From: Candidatus Hadarchaeota archaeon
GTDB lineage: Archaea > CAYQAE01 > CAYVLA01
NCBI GenBank assembly: GCA_964452145.1
Contig: CAYVLA010000030.1
Span: 1 to 29,516 of the forward strand
Length of the DNA stretch: 29,516 bases
Direction: 5' to 3'
Shown here: piece by piece, positions 27,001 to 29,516 of the stretch
Layout of the letters: each line of letters opens with the position of its first letter
Numbering within the stretch: the stretch's first letter is position 1
Translations under genes and position numbers: made by a program
The notes under the pieces: generated by a model
The model's input: only the letters and a program-made list of their open reading frames with translations
Told to the model about the DNA's origin: nothing
Database searches by the model: none

Positions 27001-27187
27001 GATCGCAGCAAAGTCTCTGGACGGCTTCCCTCAGCGGATCAACGGCTAGTGAAAAGGGGTGCGGCGGCAGTCTGTCAGACTTCGGCGCTTTGCGTCCGGG
27101 AGCTTCAGCGGGTAGGGCAGAGGACTCGGCCCAGAGATGGAACTTGTCAGAGGCAATGTCATTCCACAGGGCATGCAGGACTATCAT
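24068..27187 (-). CDS. SNF2-family helicase/ATPase with a ~500-aa N-terminal extension
   Basis: [39 protein letters not shown] covers motifs I and Ia. DEAQNIKNP is motif II. The helicase C-terminal block includes [11 protein letters not shown] (motif VI). 1039 aa. Confidence 0.9.
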   Translation of the reverse strand: [1039 protein letters not shown]

Positions 27188-27730
27188 GCGTTCTCTGCTG
27201 GGTGGATTCTCTCTTAAAACTGACGCGGCTTGCCGCCGTCGCCCATGCCCGTGTCATCGGGGCCGAGATGAGCGGCAGTAGACCTTGGGTCCAGCACCTT
27301 TGCTCGCCTTAACCAAGACATCGCAGAAACGGTTTGGTACTCCTTCGAGCAAGCTCAACGCGGGAGGCTAGCTCCTCGGAACGCCGTTTACTGATTCCTT
27401 GGGCTAGCGGGAAGGTTCCAAAGGACATCTTGTTATCGGCTGTATCAGGTCGAGAACTCTCTGGGGAAGACGCCAGGATGGCAAACGTTGGGCAAGGAAG
27501 AAGGCTCTGAACCCAGGAGGGCCGAATGGATAGGTCGAGCTGGAACTGCCGCCAGAAACCACAGACAACCCGCATCTCTTGATCCCGGGATGGGGCAGCG
27601 CGGGAAACCCGGTCCACCCTTGGGATAGTCTACGTTGTTCCGTTGTTAACACCGATTCTTGGGTGAATCTCCCAGTGAAGTTCCCAATCCTGGGGTCTGA
27701 AGCCCGGAAAATTTGCGACCTTCACAGTTC

Positions 27731-27763
27731 TGACTTGAATTGATCGCTTGCGATTATTCAAGT
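27731..27763 (+). promoter_or_regulatory. Near-perfect 33-bp palindrome upstream of the 27784 ORF
   Basis: GACTTGAATTGATCGC-TT-GCGATTATTCAAGTC. The outer arms GACTTGAA/TTCAAGTC are perfect. It lies ~20-50 nt upstream of the ATG. Confidence 0.45.
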
Positions 27764-27783
27764 CGAACGGCTTCTGAAATGTC

Positions 27784-28305
27784 ATGGACGAGAAGTTCCA
27801 GCAGCTTGACTTGGCTGCGATGTTTCACAGCCTCCTGTTCGCCTATCAGAAGACGCTGGGTGACGTGATGGGCACCAAGGCGACCCAGGCCTTGCTTCCC
27901 CGCGTAACCTCTTACTTGGAGAAGGCGGGGGCCACGACCGCCCTTGGATCGATAAGGTCTCGGAATCCCGAGGAAGCGCTGAAGCAGTTCGGGGAGCTTC
28001 TCGTCCGATCGGGCATGGTGGGCGAGGTATCGGTGCATAGTGCCGAAGGCGGATTCCAGTTCGTGGTGAAACACTGCATGTTTGCAGAACATGTTCACGA
28101 ACTGCTCCAGCCAAGAGACGTCACCTGCCCATACGCACTGCTCGCCATGTTCTTGGTCAAGAAGAATACCGGACGCGAGGTCGAAGACAGCCTCTCAGCC
28201 TTCTCCAAGACCGACAGCCACACCCCTATCAAGTTCGTACAGGAACCAGATGTGCTTGACCACCTCCGAGAATGGGCCGGAGTCGGCAACCGCGGCGAGG
28301 CATAG
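27784..28305 (+). CDS. Hypothetical protein, possibly V4R-like
   Basis: 173 aa. The segment FVVKHCMFAEHVHELLQPRDVTCPYALLAMFLV weakly resembles V4R-domain proteins. Confidence 0.4.
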   Translation: MDEKFQQLDLAAMFHSLLFAYQKTLGDVMGTKATQALLPRVTSYLEKAGATTALGSIRSRNPEEALKQFGELLVRSGMVGEVSVHSAEGGFQFVVKHCMFAEHVHELLQPRDVTCPYALLAMFLVKKNTGREVEDSLSAFSKTDSHTPIKFVQEPDVLDHLREWAGVGNRGEA

Positions 28306-28671
28306 AACACCCATGCCCACGGGTACCGTGTATAACTGTGTGATCGGGCAGAAGAAGTCGCTCCGAAACGGCTGCCCCTTGGACAGCGGGGAACGTCCGC
28401 GGCACGAAGCGCAGAAGCGTGAAGGGTGCAAGAGGTACAGTTGCAAACCACCCGACTTGTGGTGTGCGGTTCGGGCAAGAGGAATATCCCACATAAGCGG
28501 TTTTGAGATAATATTCATGAAGCAGGATCGAGTCACGCCCGTACCTTCAAGAACCGAACTCCCAAGCCGCATCCACAATCTGGCTGCAACGGCGCAGGCC
28601 AATGAAAAGCGGTTAGCTACTTCCCGAAGAGCGCTTTCGATCCTCTGCTTTTCGGGTCCGTACACGTATTC

Positions 28672-28812
28672 TTAGTAGACGTATTCGAGTAGTTCCTCCG
28701 TGGGCATACGGAGGGAGGTTTCCGCCAAGGAGTCCACGACGGCGGCATGGCCTTCCAAGAGATTATCTGCGTTCTGTTCAATCCAGGCGGATTCCTGAGG
28801 ACTAAGGGCTCG
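28672..28812 (-). pseudogene. Possible C-terminal remnant of a gene truncated beside the IS
   Basis: The minus-strand frame reads a protein-like ...LSPQESAWIEQNADNLLEGHAAVVDSLAETSLRMPTEELLEYVY*. It has no start codon, and the frame is closed by TGA within the IS-proximal sequence. Confidence 0.25.
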
Positions 28813-28864
28813 TAAATGAATAAATGATCACCTTTTTATACTTGCTGTGCTAGCTATGTGATGC

Positions 28865-29516
28865 ATGATACGACAGGAGACCGTGTCAGCCATCCACAAC
28901 AAATACGAAGCGTTGAGAACCGATCTGAACGAGCGCACCCGGAGGCACTGGGCCGCCAGCGAGGCAATGGTGCTCGGGCATGGAGGCATCACCGCCGTGC
29001 ACAAGGCAACAGGCATCGCGGTAAGCACCATTCGCAGAGGACTACGCGAACTCCAGGACCAGAACCAGGGCCAGGACCAGGACCAGACGGTTTCCACCAA
29101 GCAGGGCGCCCGTCAACGAGTTCGTCTTCGTGTTCGCAGAGAAGGTGGAGGACGCAAATCACTGATCGAGCATGACCCGGGGATAGTTCCCGCCCTGGAA
29201 TCTCTCGTCGAGCCCTTCACGCGCGGTGATCCCACCTCGCCGCTGCTCTGGACAGGCAAGAGTACAAGAAGCCTTGCAGAAGAGCTGCGCAGCCAGAGGC
29301 ACGAGATCAGCCACGCCAAGGTCTGGGACCTGCTGCGCGGCATGGGGTACACCCTCCAGGCTAACAAGAAGACCAAGGAAGGCCCCAGCCACCCGGACAG
29401 GAACGCCCAGTTCGAGTACATAAACGATTCAGCCAAGAAAGGACTGGCTGCGGGGGAGCCGGTGATCTCGGTAGACTCGAAGAAAAAAGAGCTGGTCGGT
29501 GAATTCAAGAACCTGG
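28865..29516 (+). mobile_element. ISAzo13-family IS element, left part; the transposase ORF is partial and runs off the window end
   Basis: An open frame from the ATG at 28865 to the window edge with no stop. The ORF track does not list it because it has no stop in the window. The translation ...RRHWAASEAMVLGHGGITAVHKATGIAVSTIRRGLREL...GGGRKSLIEHDPGIVPALESLVEPFTRGDPTSPLLWTGKSTRSLAEEL...HPDRNAQFEYIN matches the conserved N-terminal half of ISAzo13 (DDE_Tnp_ISAZ013) transposases. The TATA CTTTTTATAC lies ~25 nt upstream. Confidence 0.75.

Noticed and set aside
26355-27281. A 308-aa plus-strand ORF
   Set aside because: It is antisense to the SNF2 helicase gene.
1-29516. CRISPR arrays and rRNA genes
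   Set aside because: I found no regularly spaced direct repeats of 24-40 nt, and no rRNA-like conserved segments. The only tandem repeats are the short ones near 5418, 6489 and 2893.

Overview
This is a GC-rich (~58%) archaeal window. The evidence for archaeal origin is TATA-box promoters with a recurrent TTTTTATAC motif and short or leaderless 5' ends, a CDC48/VCP-type double-AAA ATPase, a MEDS-domain regulator and a complete gas-vesicle cluster, which together suggest a methanogen-like euryarchaeon. The window reads as accessory genome throughout.

- (a) ~700-2200: a low-GC stretch with no convincing genes and a decayed left-handed beta-helix (LbH) gene fragment.
- (b) 2198-6442: a toxin-antitoxin graveyard with three VapB-VapC (PIN) pairs, an orphan RelE, and an antitoxin plus frameshifted RelE. 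It lies next to an aberrant tRNA-like gene at ~3019-3097 that could be an island attachment site.
- (c) 6615-9626, plus strand: a four-gene cluster of a hypothetical protein, an Hsp20 (GvpH-like), a coiled-coil ArsR-like wHTH regulator and a hypothetical protein. It converges on (d).
- (d) 9649-18417, minus strand: a tightly packed ~8.8 kb gas-vesicle operon in the order gvpA-gvpN-gvpO-small basic ORF-CDC48 AAA+ ATPase-MEDS/PadR regulator-gvpF-gvpG-gvpJ(Zn-ribbon)-gvpK-gvpL-gvpJ/M::PH-like fusion. Embedding a CDC48 unfoldase, a MEDS-PadR regulator and two unusual GvpA-fold fusions makes this the most novel-looking system here.
- (e) 18680-20004: two hypothetical genes.
- (f) 20206-29516: a mobile and defence island with a pRiA4b-ORF3-like protein, an AbiEi/AbiEii type IV toxin-antitoxin/abortive-infection pair, a SWIM zinc-finger plus SNF2 helicase pair, a V4R-like hypothetical protein, and the 5' part of an ISAzo13-family transposase running off the window end. 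Next to the IS is what looks like the C-terminal remnant of a gene truncated by the insertion.

I did not see any CRISPR array or rRNA. Coordinates for features I located by hand (promoters, repeats, the tRNA) may be off by 1-2 nt.
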